Assembly: GCA_944359625.1 (NCBI GenBank)
Contig: CALVSW010000002.1
Span: 36,332-100,331 of the forward strand
Source of the DNA: an uncultured Bacilli bacterium
GTDB taxonomy: Bacteria; Bacillota_I; Bacilli_A; RF39; UBA660
Reading direction: 5' to 3'
DNA length: 64,000 bases
Shown here: piece by piece, positions 46,377 to 57,162 of the stretch
Position numbering within the stretch: position 1 is the first letter of the stretch
How the letters are laid out: the number at the start of each line of letters is the position of its first letter
Notes under the pieces: generated by a model
The model's database searches: none
Told to the model about the DNA's origin: nothing
Seen by the model: the letters and a program-made list of their open reading frames with translations, nothing else
Position numbers and translations under genes: made by a program

Positions 46377-48497
46377 ATGAAAAAGATAGAATTATTAGCA
46401 CCAGCTGGTTCGATGGAAGCTTTAAAACTTGCTGTAATGGCTGGATGTGATGCCGTATACTTAGGTGGCAAAAGTTTTGGAGCAAGAGCATTTTCAACTA
46501 ATTTTACTAATGATGAATTAGTAGATGCTATAAAATATTGTCATTTATATGGAGTAAAAGTATATGTTACATGTAACACTTTAATATTTGAGGATGAAGT
46601 AGAAGATTTTTTAAACTATGTAAGATTTTTACATCAAAATAATGTTGATGCTATATTAATTCAAGATATTGGTATGTTAGATTTACTTCGTAAAAAGTTT
46701 CCTAACTTAGAAATACATTCATCTACCCAAATGCATATCCATAATTTAGATGGTGTAAAATTAATGGAGAAACTTGGTGTTAAAAGGGTAGTACTAGCTA
46801 GGGAAACAAGTCTCGATACTTTAAAATATATAAAAGAAAATACTAATGTTGACTTAGAAGTATTTGGTCATGGTTCTTTATGTATGTCTTATTCTGGAGA
46901 GTGTTTAATGTCTTTCTTTTTGGGTGGTAGAAGTGGTAATCGTGGAGAATGTGCAGGCTCATGTCGTCTTAATTATGATGTAATAAGTAATAAAGAAGTT
47001 ATAAATAAAGAAGATAAATATCCATTATCTTGTCGTGATTTATGTACTATATATGATATAGATAAAATAATTGCAGCAGGTATATCTTCTTTAAAGATAG
47101 AAGGTAGAATGAAGTCACCTTATTATGTATATATAGTTACTAAATTATATAGAGATGTCATAGATAATTATTATCAAACTGGTAAAGTAATTGTAAATGA
47201 AAAACTACTTAAAGATTTAAAAAAGATATTTAATAGAGAATATACAAGAGGTTATTTATTTAATAGTACAGATATTATTAATCCTAAACGACCTAATAAT
47301 AATGGTATTTTAATAGGTAAAGTTATTAATGTATTTAAAAATATAATAACTATTAAATTATTAGATGATATTCATATTGGTGATGGCCTAAGAATAGTTG
47401 GTAGTAAAGATGTTGGAGTTATAGTTAATGATTTTTATAAAGATAAAAAATTAGTTAAAGAATCTAAAAAAGACGAATTAATAACTTTAAAAGTAAAAGA
47501 TAAGGTCGATATAAATGCTAATGTCTATTTAACTAGTTCTAAATATATTAATAATTCTATCGATGAATATATAAATAAGTATCCAAGAAAAGTTAAAATA
47601 GATATGATATTTAATGGCTATAAAAATAATAATATATCTTTAGAAGTTAGTGATGGTATAAATAATGTTAAAGTATTAGGTAATAAAGTCGACATAGCAA
47701 ATAATATTAGTACTACTAAAGAAGATATATTATTAAAATTAAATAAACTTGGTAATACTATTTATGAAATAAATAATATAAAGGTAAATATAGATAATAA
47801 TATATTTATTCCTTTAAAAGAAATTAATGAATTAAGAAGAGTAGTATTAAATAAGTTAGATACTTTAAGAATAGGTAAAAGTAATTTTAAGGAAGAGGAA
47901 TATTTTATTGATTTAAAAGATTATTCAGTTAAGAAAGAAAAAACTTGTTTATTGTTAAATAATAATAAAGTAAATAATGAATACGATAAAACTTATATTT
48001 TAAATAAGAATTATTATTTACCTGTTATAGATAAATATAATAATATTGTTAATGGTTCTTTAGTTAGTGAATTAGGAGCTTTAAATATTAATCCTAATGT
48101 TGATACAGATTATACTTTTAATGTCTGTAATTCTTATGCAGTAGCATTCTTACATAGTTTAGGAGTTAATAAGATTACTTTATCTTTAGAATTAGACGAA
48201 GAAAAAATTAAATATTTAATTAGTAGTTATCATAATAGATATCATAAACATCCTAACGTCGAAGTAATATGTTATTATTATCCTATTTTAATGATTAGTA
48301 AATTTAATTTTAATAAATATTATAATAAAGATAATTTGTTATTAAAGGATAGATATAATAAGTATTATAAAATATTAAGATTAGATGATATTAGTTTAAT
48401 TATAAGCAATAAGTTAATTAATAAAGAAGATATAAATTATTATGATATGGGAGTAAATTCGGTAAGAATTAATCTAATTATAAAAACTATCAATTGA
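46377..48497 (+). CDS. Peptidase U32 family protein (long, DUF3656-type)
   Basis: ELLAPAG...AVYLGG...FGARA, YVTCNTL and SLKIEGRMKSPYYV motifs of U32. Confidence 0.85.
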   Translation: MKKIELLAPAGSMEALKLAVMAGCDAVYLGGKSFGARAFSTNFTNDELVDAIKYCHLYGVKVYVTCNTLIFEDEVEDFLNYVRFLHQNNVDAILIQDIGMLDLLRKKFPNLEIHSSTQMHIHNLDGVKLMEKLGVKRVVLARETSLDTLKYIKENTNVDLEVFGHGSLCMSYSGECLMSFFLGGRSGNRGECAGSCRLNYDVISNKEVINKEDKYPLSCRDLCTIYDIDKIIAAGISSLKIEGRMKSPYYVYIVTKLYRDVIDNYYQTGKVIVNEKLLKDLKKIFNREYTRGYLFNSTDIINPKRPNNNGILIGKVINVFKNIITIKLLDDIHIGDGLRIVGSKDVGVIVNDFYKDKKLVKESKKDELITLKVKDKVDINANVYLTSSKYINNSIDEYINKYPRKVKIDMIFNGYKNNNISLEVSDGINNVKVLGNKVDIANNISTTKEDILLKLNKLGNTIYEINNIKVNIDNNIFIPLKEINELRRVVLNKLDTLRIGKSNFKEEEYFIDLKDYSVKKEKTCLLLNNNKVNNEYDKTYILNKNYYLPVIDKYNNIVNGSLVSELGALNINPNVDTDYTFNVCNSYAVAFLHSLGVNKITLSLELDEEKIKYLISSYHNRYHKHPNVEVICYYYPILMISKFNFNKYYNKDNLLLKDRYNKYYKILRLDDISLIISNKLINKEDINYYDMGVNSVRINLIIKTIN

Positions 48498-48537
48498 TAA
48501 TTTATATAATATGTGATATTATAACATTGGTGATTTA

Positions 48538-48843
48538 ATGAATGTTGTAGAATTACTCGAAAAGGTAAAAATCGCTATGGAAAATAAAGACTATGATATG
48601 GTTCCTACTTTAAAAAATAGAAATTCAAAGCGAAAATATGGTTTAACTCAGTACGATATAGAAGAATATATTAGTAGTTTAGAAATTAATGATTTAATTA
48701 AGGGACCTGAGCCTGATAGAGATTGTCCGGGAGAAGAACTATTTATTTTTAAAAAAGAGATAATTAACAAAGTTGTGTTTTATACTAAGATAAAGTATAA
48801 AAATAAACAAGTTAAGATATTATCTTGTCATGAAGATGAATAA
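48538..48843 (+). CDS. Putative type II toxin, MqsR-like
   Basis: 101 aa, 14 nt upstream of an HTH antitoxin-like gene. C-terminal beta-rich …FYTKIKYKNKQVKILSCHEDE resembles the MqsR family. Confidence 0.45.
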   Translation: MNVVELLEKVKIAMENKDYDMVPTLKNRNSKRKYGLTQYDIEEYISSLEINDLIKGPEPDRDCPGEELFIFKKEIINKVVFYTKIKYKNKQVKILSCHEDE

Positions 48844-48857
48844 TTAGGAGGATTTTT

Positions 48858-49820
48858 ATGGAAAAGAAAGAGAATGTTAAAATAAGAAAAGTAATTACAA
48901 ATGTTAGAGGAAAGGATATTTTATTTGATGAATATTACCTAGTTAATCCAATTACAAATGAAGAAATATTTGATAGACAGCTAGAAATAGAAAATGATAT
49001 AAGACTATATGATATATATAAGGAAAAAACGGGTTTATTAACTTCTAATGACATAAAAAGAATTAGAAGTAAATATAGAATGAATCAAAAAGAGTATGCT
49101 TTTGCTCTTGGTTTTGGTGAAATTACTATACATAGATTTGAAAATGGTAGTATTCAAACTGAAGCAGTAGATTCGATAATTCGATTAAGTGATAATCCTG
49201 ATAATATGCATGATTTGCTAATAAAAAATAAAAAAAACTTTTCTGATGATAGTTATATAATATTTATGAAAAGGATAGAGGAAATACAAAGATTAAAAAA
49301 ACATTGTATTGCTAAAATAAATTTAGAAACATTTAAAAATTTACATTTTGAGAAAGCAGATGTAAATGCTATAGCTAACAATGTTATTTATGAATATAAT
49401 AAAAAAATAGATAAGTTAAATGATGAATTTAATATTAATGAATCCTCCTTATGTGAGGAATATATAACACCATTAAAATTACAAAAATTATTATATTATA
49501 TTCAAGGACTTTCTTTAAAAATATTTGGAAAAGTAGCTTATGAAAACAAAATATATGCATGGGCTTATGGTCCAGTAATTGAAGATGTATATAATAATTA
49601 TAAGGGTAGAGCTACAATCACTACGCCAGTAAATAAATTTAAGATTAGTGAAGGTTTAGAAAAAATTATCTCAATTGTAATAGATAGCTACGGGCAAATT
49701 GAAGCTGAAAAATTAATTGATTTAACACATGATGAAGAACCATGGATTGTTACAAAGAAAAATAATGTTATTGATATTAATAAGATAAAAAACTATTTTG
49801 ATAAAGTTTATGAATACTAG
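48858..49820 (+). CDS. Antitoxin-like protein: MqsA-type HTH (no zinc ribbon) fused to a DUF4065 (Panacea/SocA-like) domain
   Basis: HTH segment IKRIRSKYRMNQKEYAFALGFGEITIHRFENG. C-terminal LKLQKLLYYIQG...AWAYGPV is typical of DUF4065. Confidence 0.7.
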   Translation: MEKKENVKIRKVITNVRGKDILFDEYYLVNPITNEEIFDRQLEIENDIRLYDIYKEKTGLLTSNDIKRIRSKYRMNQKEYAFALGFGEITIHRFENGSIQTEAVDSIIRLSDNPDNMHDLLIKNKKNFSDDSYIIFMKRIEEIQRLKKHCIAKINLETFKNLHFEKADVNAIANNVIYEYNKKIDKLNDEFNINESSLCEEYITPLKLQKLLYYIQGLSLKIFGKVAYENKIYAWAYGPVIEDVYNNYKGRATITTPVNKFKISEGLEKIISIVIDSYGQIEAEKLIDLTHDEEPWIVTKKNNVIDINKIKNYFDKVYEY

Positions 49821-49898
49821 GGAAGAATCTCTAGTATTTATTTTAATCGTAACTAATTTTTTTTAAAATCATAAAATATATTGGAGTTTTTATATTTT

Positions 49899-50590
49899 AT
49901 GGGTTGTATTGATAGAAATAATAAATTTTGTTGTGCTCCTTGTATGCGATTATATCCCGTAGTTGGACCTGCTGATCAGCTGGAAATGATGGAATACCAG
50001 GTGATATTGGCCTAACCGGTCCAACGGGACCTGCCGGAAGTATTGAAGCTAACCCATATAATTTATACGTATCATCTAGTGCTCCAGCTGGTGGTGATGG
50101 TAGTCAAGCAAGTCCTTTTCAAACTATTGTAACCAAATAAATTTAAATATTCCAGAGCTTATTTTAAAAGGTTATGCAGGTAGTGATATATTATTAGAAA
50201 ATTCCGTTGTACCTTTTTTAGTCAGTGCAGATAATGTAACGATTAAAGAATTTAATATGACAAGTGATAATCCGTACCCAGTAGAATTTATTCAAGTAGC
50301 TGGAAATAATGATCAAATTTTAGATAATGAAATTTATGGACCAGAACAAGCTGGAGATTCTTCTAACTGGGTAGTTAATAGAGGCTTTGTTACCCAAGGA
50401 AGTGCGACTAATTTATTAGTACGTAATAATATATTTTATAGTTTACGCCAACTTGTCTATTTAAATCCCAATTCCACCAAATGCGGTAGATATTGCTTTA
50501 TTATCTGGGACTAAAACTGGTGCACCATATGATCCAACTAGTGCTTTAACAGCAAATAATAGTAATGCTACAATTAGTGATCAACGATAA
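49899..50590 (+). pseudogene. Decayed collagen-like-repeat / right-handed beta-helix (pectin-lyase-fold) surface protein gene
   Basis: ATG at 49899, then Gly-X-Y triplets readable only after a 1-nt frameshift (GPAGSAGNDGIPGDIGLTGPTGPAGS), then GGDGSQASPFQTI. Downstream beta-helix pieces lie in three frames with stops. Confidence 0.6.
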
Positions 50591-50652
50591 AATCTTTACA
50601 AAAATTATTAAACAAGGTAAAATATAGTTATAAATTGGTAAGGATGTTTATA

Positions 50653-51888
50653 ATGATTCAATTAATATATTATGTGTTTTTTGGTTTAACATTATTTTAT
50701 GGTTTGTATTATTCTTTAACTGGCTTGTATGGTTTTTTTAAACCTAAAAAATTTCGTATTGTTCCTCATGATCCTAAAAATAAATTTGCTATAATCGTAG
50801 CGGCTCGTAATGAAGAAGCTGTAATCGGTAATTTAGTTACTTCTCTTTTAGAGTGTAATTATCCTAAAGAATTGTATGATGTTTATGTTGCTGTAAATAA
50901 TACTACTGATAATACGGCTAAAGTTGCTAAAAAAGCCGGAGGAATTGTAATAGATGTTAAAAAGAAGGTTAAATCTAAAGGCGAAGTTTTAAGATATGTT
51001 TTTGATATTTTAAAAAAGGATAAATCTATTGATGCCTATATAATATTTGATGCTGATAATATTGTCCATCCTGATTTTTTAAGAAGAATGAATGATGCTT
51101 TATGTTGTGGTTATCGGGTTGCTCAAGGATTTAGGGATAGTAAAAATATATCAGATAACTGGATAAGTGGTTCTTACTCACTATATTATTATATGCAGAA
51201 TTTTTTCTTTAATCGTGCCCGTATGACAATGCGTCAATCTGCTTCTATAAATGGTACAGGTTTTATGGTCAAAAAAGAAATTATTGATGAGTATGGATTT
51301 GAAACGCATACTTTAACTGAAGATATTGAATTTACTGCTATATGTGCGTTAAGAGATGAACGAATAGCATTTGTTGAATCTGCTGTTACTTATGATGAAC
51401 AACCTGTTGATTTTGTTGCTAGTTGGAAACAAAGAAAAAGATGGAGTGTAGGATGTTTACAATGTTTAAAATTATATTGGAAAGATTTGCTTAAACATTT
51501 TATAAAAACTGGTAATCAACCGTCTTTTGATATGTTTATGAATTTTGTTGCTCCTGTAGTGCAAGTAGTTTGTTTATTAGAATTTATCGCTTTGATATTT
51601 TTCCGTATTTTTAATATTCGTTTATATGATTTATTTTCAGCTTTATTTTCATCAGGTGCTTTCTTCTTCATCTTAACTTATGTAGGTGGAATAGTTGTTA
51701 GTGTCTTTATTTTAAAATATAATAAAAGAAAAGCTAAAAGTGTTTTAAGTGCGATTGCTTTATTTGCTTTATTTATACTAACTTGGATACCTATTAATGT
51801 AGTTTGTTTATTTAAAAAAGATATGATTTGGGAGGAAATTAAGCATAATAGGGGGATTAAAACTTCTGAGCTTAAATTTAATAAGTAA
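50653..51888 (+). CDS. Family 2 glycosyltransferase, processive type (membrane-embedded)
   Basis: IIVAARNEE, IFDADN, LTEDIEF and QRKRWSVG (QxxRW) motifs; N- and C-terminal TM segments. Confidence 0.85.
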   Translation: MIQLIYYVFFGLTLFYGLYYSLTGLYGFFKPKKFRIVPHDPKNKFAIIVAARNEEAVIGNLVTSLLECNYPKELYDVYVAVNNTTDNTAKVAKKAGGIVIDVKKKVKSKGEVLRYVFDILKKDKSIDAYIIFDADNIVHPDFLRRMNDALCCGYRVAQGFRDSKNISDNWISGSYSLYYYMQNFFFNRARMTMRQSASINGTGFMVKKEIIDEYGFETHTLTEDIEFTAICALRDERIAFVESAVTYDEQPVDFVASWKQRKRWSVGCLQCLKLYWKDLLKHFIKTGNQPSFDMFMNFVAPVVQVVCLLEFIALIFFRIFNIRLYDLFSALFSSGAFFFILTYVGGIVVSVFILKYNKRKAKSVLSAIALFALFILTWIPINVVCLFKKDMIWEEIKHNRGIKTSELKFNK

Positions 51889-52109
51889 TGTTAAAAAATA
51901 TAAATGGTATTTTAATTAGTGAAGATGATATAAATATCTTAAAAAAATATAATATTGATATTTTAAAATGTCATAGTATTAGAGAAGTGCAATTATTAAT
52001 AGAAAGAATAATAGGTAATACAGATTTATTAGATGATGAGGTAGATATATTAGATAATATAAGTATTAATCTACAAGAGATTCACTACTATAAGGATACT
52101 AATAAATAG
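51888..52109 (+). CDS. Hypothetical small protein coupled to the GT2 gene
   Basis: 73 aa. Its ATG shares one nt with the TAA of the upstream gene. Confidence 0.45.
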   Translation: MLKNINGILISEDDINILKKYNIDILKCHSIREVQLLIERIIGNTDLLDDEVDILDNISINLQEIHYYKDTNK

Positions 52110-52145
52110 AATCTTAAATTTTGTGTTTAAGATTTTTTCTTTTTT
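52110..52145 (+). terminator. Rho-independent terminator
   Basis: AATCTTAAA / TTTAAGATT stem followed by TTTTCTTTTTTT. Confidence 0.8.
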
Positions 52146-52225
52146 TGTAAAGTAAAAGTTTCTCAAAATGTAAAATAAAAATCGGTTTTTTTGTAAAATT
52201 AATATATAATTTATTATAAGAAAGA

Positions 52226-53268
52226 GTGATTAAGATGAGATATTTACCAAGATATGGGGCTGTATTAATTGAAGGATGTAAGTGGTGTGGTAAATCGACG
52301 ACTGGTGCACATCACGCAAAAAGTATAATTGAGTTTCAAAATCCTGATAAAAAACAAGAGTATGATAATATTAAAAATACTAAACCATCATTATTTTTAA
52401 ATGGCGAAAAACCAAGAATGTTTGATGAATGGCAAATGTATCCTGTTGTATGGGATTCAATTAGATAGGTAAAGATATTTCTGGAGTATCTAAATTGTCA
52501 TTAGAAAATTTAGCAAGTATTATAGTTAGGGGAGGATGGCCAGCAAGTATTGGTATAGATGGAGATATAAAATACAGGTTTGCAAAAGAATATGTAAAAT
52601 CTTTAATTCACGAGGATGTTAGAAAAATTAATGGGATTGAAAGAAATCCTGAAAAAATGCAAAATATATTAAGAAGTTTAGCTAGAAATATTACTACTCA
52701 AGTTTCTAATTATACTATTGAAGGAGATATAAAAAATAGTTTTGCTGATGATATATCTAGACCAACTTTGATAGATTATTTAAATACTTTAGAAAAATTA
52801 TTTGTTATTGAAGATGTTAATGCTACTAATTTAAATTTTAGAAGTAAATATGCCTTAAGAACTAAACCTAAAAAGTATTTTGTTGATCCTTCAATTGCAA
52901 CTGCTATTCTTGATATGAAACCAAACGATTTAATTAATGATTTAAATACTTTTGGTTTTATGTTTGAATCTCTTTGTATTAGAGATTTAAAAATATATAT
53001 GCAAAGTTATGATGGTAATATATCTTTTTATCGTGATGAGAAAGATTTTGAAGTTGATGCTATTATTAGAACTAATAATGGTATGTGGGGCGCTATTGAA
53101 ATTAAGTTAGGTGCCGGTTATATTGATAGTGCTGCAAATAATCTATTAAAGTTTAAAGATAAAGTAGATGTTGAAAAATGTGGAGAGCCAGCTTTTTTAG
53201 CAGTATTAACTGGTACTGATTATTCTTATGGTGTTTATGTTGTATCTATTGGCACTTTAAAAAATTAA
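52226..53268 (+). pseudogene. AAA ATPase (AAA_14/DUF4143 family) with an internal deletion/stop
   Basis: Walker A GCKWCGKST in the 52226-52468 piece and a DUF4143-like tail in 52495-53268. The segment present in the 58.6-kb copy (…EVDHRG..QFILTGSS…MRPMSLYE…) is missing. Confidence 0.65.
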
Positions 53269-53342
53269 TATGTAAATTAGTTTAATTTCTTTAATAATTT
53301 AATTAAATTTATTGTATAATTAATGAATAGATAGGAGAAGTT

Positions 53343-55889
53343 ATGTTGGAGTTAAAAAATATTACAAAAGTTTATAATGTAGCTGATAGTAAACAAATAG
53401 CTTTAAATAATATTAATATTCGTTTTCGTGAAAATGAATTTGTGGCTATTTTAGGACCAAGTGGAAGTGGAAAAACGACGTTACTAAATATTGTTGGTGG
53501 TTTAGATAAATATACATCTGGTGATTTAGTTATTAATAATGTTAGTACTAAAGCTTATACTGATCGTGATTGGGATCGTTACCGTAATCATCGCGTTGGT
53601 TTTGTCTTTCAAAGTTATAATTTAATACCACATCAAACAGCACTACAAAATGTTGAATTAGCCTTAACTTTATCAGGTATTAGTAAAGATGAACGTCGTA
53701 AAAGAAGTATTGAAATTTTAAATAAAGTTGGTTTAGCTGACCAGATAAATAAACGTCCTAATCAGATGAGTGGCGGTCAAATGCAGAGGGTTGCTATTGC
53801 AAGAGCTTTAATAAATAATCCGGATATTTTACTTGCTGATGAACCAACTGGTGCTTTAGATTCCGAAACTAGTGTTCAAGTTATGGAACTTTTAAAAGAA
53901 ATTGCTAAGGATAAATTAGTAATTATGGTTACTCATAATCCTGAACTAGCCAATTCTTATGCAACAAGAATAGTTAAACTTTTAGATGGTAATATAATTG
54001 ATGATACTGATCCTTATTTTGCTTTAGAAGAAAAAAATAAAGAAGAAAAAAGTGGTAAAACTTCGATGAGTTTTTTAACAGCATTTTCTTTAAGTTTAAA
54101 TAATTTAATGACTAAAAAAGGAAGAACTTTTCTTACTGCTTTTGCTGGTTCTATTGGTATTATAGGTATAGCATTAATATTATCTTTATCTAATGGTATT
54201 CAAAATTATATAGATAAAACAGAAAAAGAAACATTAGCTTCTTATCCTTTAACAATTCAAAAAGAAACTATTAATATGTCTGGATTATTAGAATCTCTTA
54301 CAAGTAGTCAAGATAGTAAAGAATATAATGATGATTTAATTCATTCGGTAAATATAATGGGAGATATATTAACTACGATAACAGATGAAGTCCAAGTTAA
54401 TGATTTAGAAAAATTTAAAAATTATTTAGAAAGTAATGAAACTAATATAAATGATTATGTTTCTGCTTTAGAATATACTTATGATGTAACTTTAAATCTT
54501 TATAAACCGGATACTGAAAAAATAGTGCAAGTAAATCCAACAACGATATTTGACGCTATTGGTATGTCAACATCTGGTATATCTAGTGCTTATAGTAGTT
54601 ATATGTCTAGTTATGATGTTTTTTATGAATTATTAAATAATGATGAATTAAATAAACAAACTTATGATTTAGTTGATGGTCATTGGCCTACTAATTATAA
54701 TGAAGTAGTTTTAGTAGTTAATAAAGATAATCAAATATCTGATTATACTTTATATTCTTTAGGTTTATTAGATCAAGATTATTTAAAAGAACAATTTAGT
54801 AATATGGTTAATGGTCAAGAAGTAACTTTTGATGAAACTTCTTATAAAACTAGTGATTTATTAAATTTAACTTTTAAATTAGTACTTAATACTGATTATT
54901 ATAAAAAAGAAAATGGTATATGGGTAGATAAACGTAATGATACTTCTTATATGCAAGATTTAATTAATAATAGTATGGATATTAAAATAGTAGGTATAAT
55001 TAAACCTAATGAAGAAGCGGTAGTAAGTAATTCTGGTGTTGGTATGGTTGGTTATACTCATGAATTAGTTGAGTATTTAATTAATCAAATTAATGAATCA
55101 GATATTGTTAAAGAACAACTAGCTAATCCAGAAATAAATGTATTTACTAATACTAATTTTAGTAAAGATGGTAAATTTGATATAAATAATTTAACTCCGG
55201 AACAAATGCAATATTTACAAAGTCTTTCTGAAGAAGAATTAGCAATATTTATGAAAAATTATGCTGATAATGCTGGTGCTACTTATGAAGGTAATTTAAA
55301 GAAATTAGGTGTTGCTAATTTAGACGATCCTGATGGAATAAATATTTATCCTAAAGATTTTGATTCTAAAATAGAAATAGAAAATATTATCGATAAGTAT
55401 AATGAATCTTTAAGTGAAGAAGAAAAGATTAAATATACTGATGTTGTAGGAATAATGATTAATTCTGTATCTACGATAGTCGATGTAATAAGTAGTGTTT
55501 TAATTGCCTTTGTAGCAATTAGTTTAATAGTATCTAGTATAATGATTGCTATTATTACTTATATATCTGTTATTGAAAGAACTAAAGAAATTGGTATTTT
55601 ACGTTCAATAGGAGCTTCTAAAAAAGATATATCAAGAGTGTTTAATGCTGAAACTTTAATTGAAGGTTTAGCAGCTGGAGTATTTGGAATAGTTGTTACA
55701 TTATTACTTAATATTCCGATAAATATAATTATTAAAAATGTAGTAAATATTAGTAATATATCTGTATTACCTTTAGTAGGCGCTATCATATTAATAATAA
55801 TAAGTATATTACTTACAGTAGTAGCGGGCTTTATACCAGCTAAAATAGCTAGTAAAAAAGATCCAGTAGTTGCTTTAAGAACAGAGTGA
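53343..55889 (+). CDS. Fused ABC transporter ATPase plus FtsX/MacB-type permease
   Basis: GPSGSGKTT, LSGGQMQRVAIARAL and LLADEPTGALD motifs. Large extracytoplasmic domain and a C-terminal FtsX four-helix region. Confidence 0.9.
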   Translation: MLELKNITKVYNVADSKQIALNNINIRFRENEFVAILGPSGSGKTTLLNIVGGLDKYTSGDLVINNVSTKAYTDRDWDRYRNHRVGFVFQSYNLIPHQTALQNVELALTLSGISKDERRKRSIEILNKVGLADQINKRPNQMSGGQMQRVAIARALINNPDILLADEPTGALDSETSVQVMELLKEIAKDKLVIMVTHNPELANSYATRIVKLLDGNIIDDTDPYFALEEKNKEEKSGKTSMSFLTAFSLSLNNLMTKKGRTFLTAFAGSIGIIGIALILSLSNGIQNYIDKTEKETLASYPLTIQKETINMSGLLESLTSSQDSKEYNDDLIHSVNIMGDILTTITDEVQVNDLEKFKNYLESNETNINDYVSALEYTYDVTLNLYKPDTEKIVQVNPTTIFDAIGMSTSGISSAYSSYMSSYDVFYELLNNDELNKQTYDLVDGHWPTNYNEVVLVVNKDNQISDYTLYSLGLLDQDYLKEQFSNMVNGQEVTFDETSYKTSDLLNLTFKLVLNTDYYKKENGIWVDKRNDTSYMQDLINNSMDIKIVGIIKPNEEAVVSNSGVGMVGYTHELVEYLINQINESDIVKEQLANPEINVFTNTNFSKDGKFDINNLTPEQMQYLQSLSEEELAIFMKNYADNAGATYEGNLKKLGVANLDDPDGINIYPKDFDSKIEIENIIDKYNESLSEEEKIKYTDVVGIMINSVSTIVDVISSVLIAFVAISLIVSSIMIAIITYISVIERTKEIGILRSIGASKKDISRVFNAETLIEGLAAGVFGIVVTLLLNIPINIIIKNVVNISNISVLPLVGAIILIIISILLTVVAGFIPAKIASKKDPVVALRTE

Positions 55890-55893
55890 TATT

Positions 55894-57027
55894 ATGAAAA
55901 GAAGAAAAAAAAGAATTAGAAAAAGTATATATATTATATTAATATTAATAATTATTATAGTATTAATATTAGTATTTAAAAAAGATAAATATAATATAAA
56001 ACTAATAGATAATTTAAATATAGAAATTAATAGTACTATTACTAATTTAGATTTAATCAAAGATACAAGTAATTGTAATATAATATCTGAAGAAGAAAAG
56101 ATTGATACTTCTAAACTTGGTAAAAAAGATATTAATATCTTAATTAAAGATAAGAATAATAAAGAGCATAATTATCCTATAAGTATAAATATAGTAGATA
56201 CTACAATACCTAGTATAGAATATAAAGATTATTTAACTACTACTTTAGGTAAGAAGATTGATTTATTAGAAAATGTCGTAGTAACTGATAATTCTAACGA
56301 AGATATAGATATATCTATTGAAGGAGATTATAGTTTTGATAAAGTAGGTACATATAAATTATATTATGTAGCTAAAGATAGTAGTGGTAATGTTTGTAAA
56401 AAAGAATTTACTTTGGAAGTAGAAGATTCAAATATGGTAGGTAATAATACTGATAATATTATTGAATTTACTACTTCTAAAGGATTTAAAGGTATTACTA
56501 AAAATGGTGTTACTTATATAGATGGCGTATTAGTTGTTAATAAAACTTATTCTCTACCAGATAATTATGGTAATGGTTTAACTAGTACTACTACTAGCGC
56601 TTTTTATAAGATGCAAGCAGCATCTAAATTAGAAAACTTAAATATTTATCTATCTAGTGGGTTTAGATCATATAGTACGCAAGATAGAATCTATAATAAT
56701 TATGTAGCTAGGGACGGAAAAGAGGCTGCTGATACTTATTCAGCACGACCAGGATATTCGGAACATCAATCAGGCTTGGCTTTTGATGTTAATCAGATTA
56801 ATGATACATTTAATGATTCTGCTGAAGCCAAATGGCTTGCTAATAATTGCTATAAATATGGTTTTATCTTAAGATATCCTAAAGGTAAAGAAGATATTAC
56901 TGGTTATAAATATGAATCATGGCATTTTAGATATGTAGGTGTTGATTTAGCAACTAAGTTATATAATAATGGTGATTGGATTACTCTAGAGGAATACTTT
57001 GGTATAACTAGTGCTTATGAAGAATAA
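55894..57027 (+). CDS. D-alanyl-D-alanine carboxypeptidase, VanY/M15B family, with N-terminal anchor and Ig-like domain
   Basis: SGFRSY..Q, SEHQSGLAFDV and ESWHFRYVG motifs. Confidence 0.85.
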   Translation: MKRRKKRIRKSIYIILILIIIIVLILVFKKDKYNIKLIDNLNIEINSTITNLDLIKDTSNCNIISEEEKIDTSKLGKKDINILIKDKNNKEHNYPISINIVDTTIPSIEYKDYLTTTLGKKIDLLENVVVTDNSNEDIDISIEGDYSFDKVGTYKLYYVAKDSSGNVCKKEFTLEVEDSNMVGNNTDNIIEFTTSKGFKGITKNGVTYIDGVLVVNKTYSLPDNYGNGLTSTTTSAFYKMQAASKLENLNIYLSSGFRSYSTQDRIYNNYVARDGKEAADTYSARPGYSEHQSGLAFDVNQINDTFNDSAEAKWLANNCYKYGFILRYPKGKEDITGYKYESWHFRYVGVDLATKLYNNGDWITLEEYFGITSAYEE

Positions 57028-57162
57028 CAAACTAAGTTATTCTTTTATTTTGGAAAAATGTGTAAAATAGTTCTAAAATAGCCGGAATTTTGTGTAAAAC
57101 AAGTCTAAAATGGTTGGAATTTTGTGATAAATAATAAATGAGCGTAATAATTTCATAAAAAG

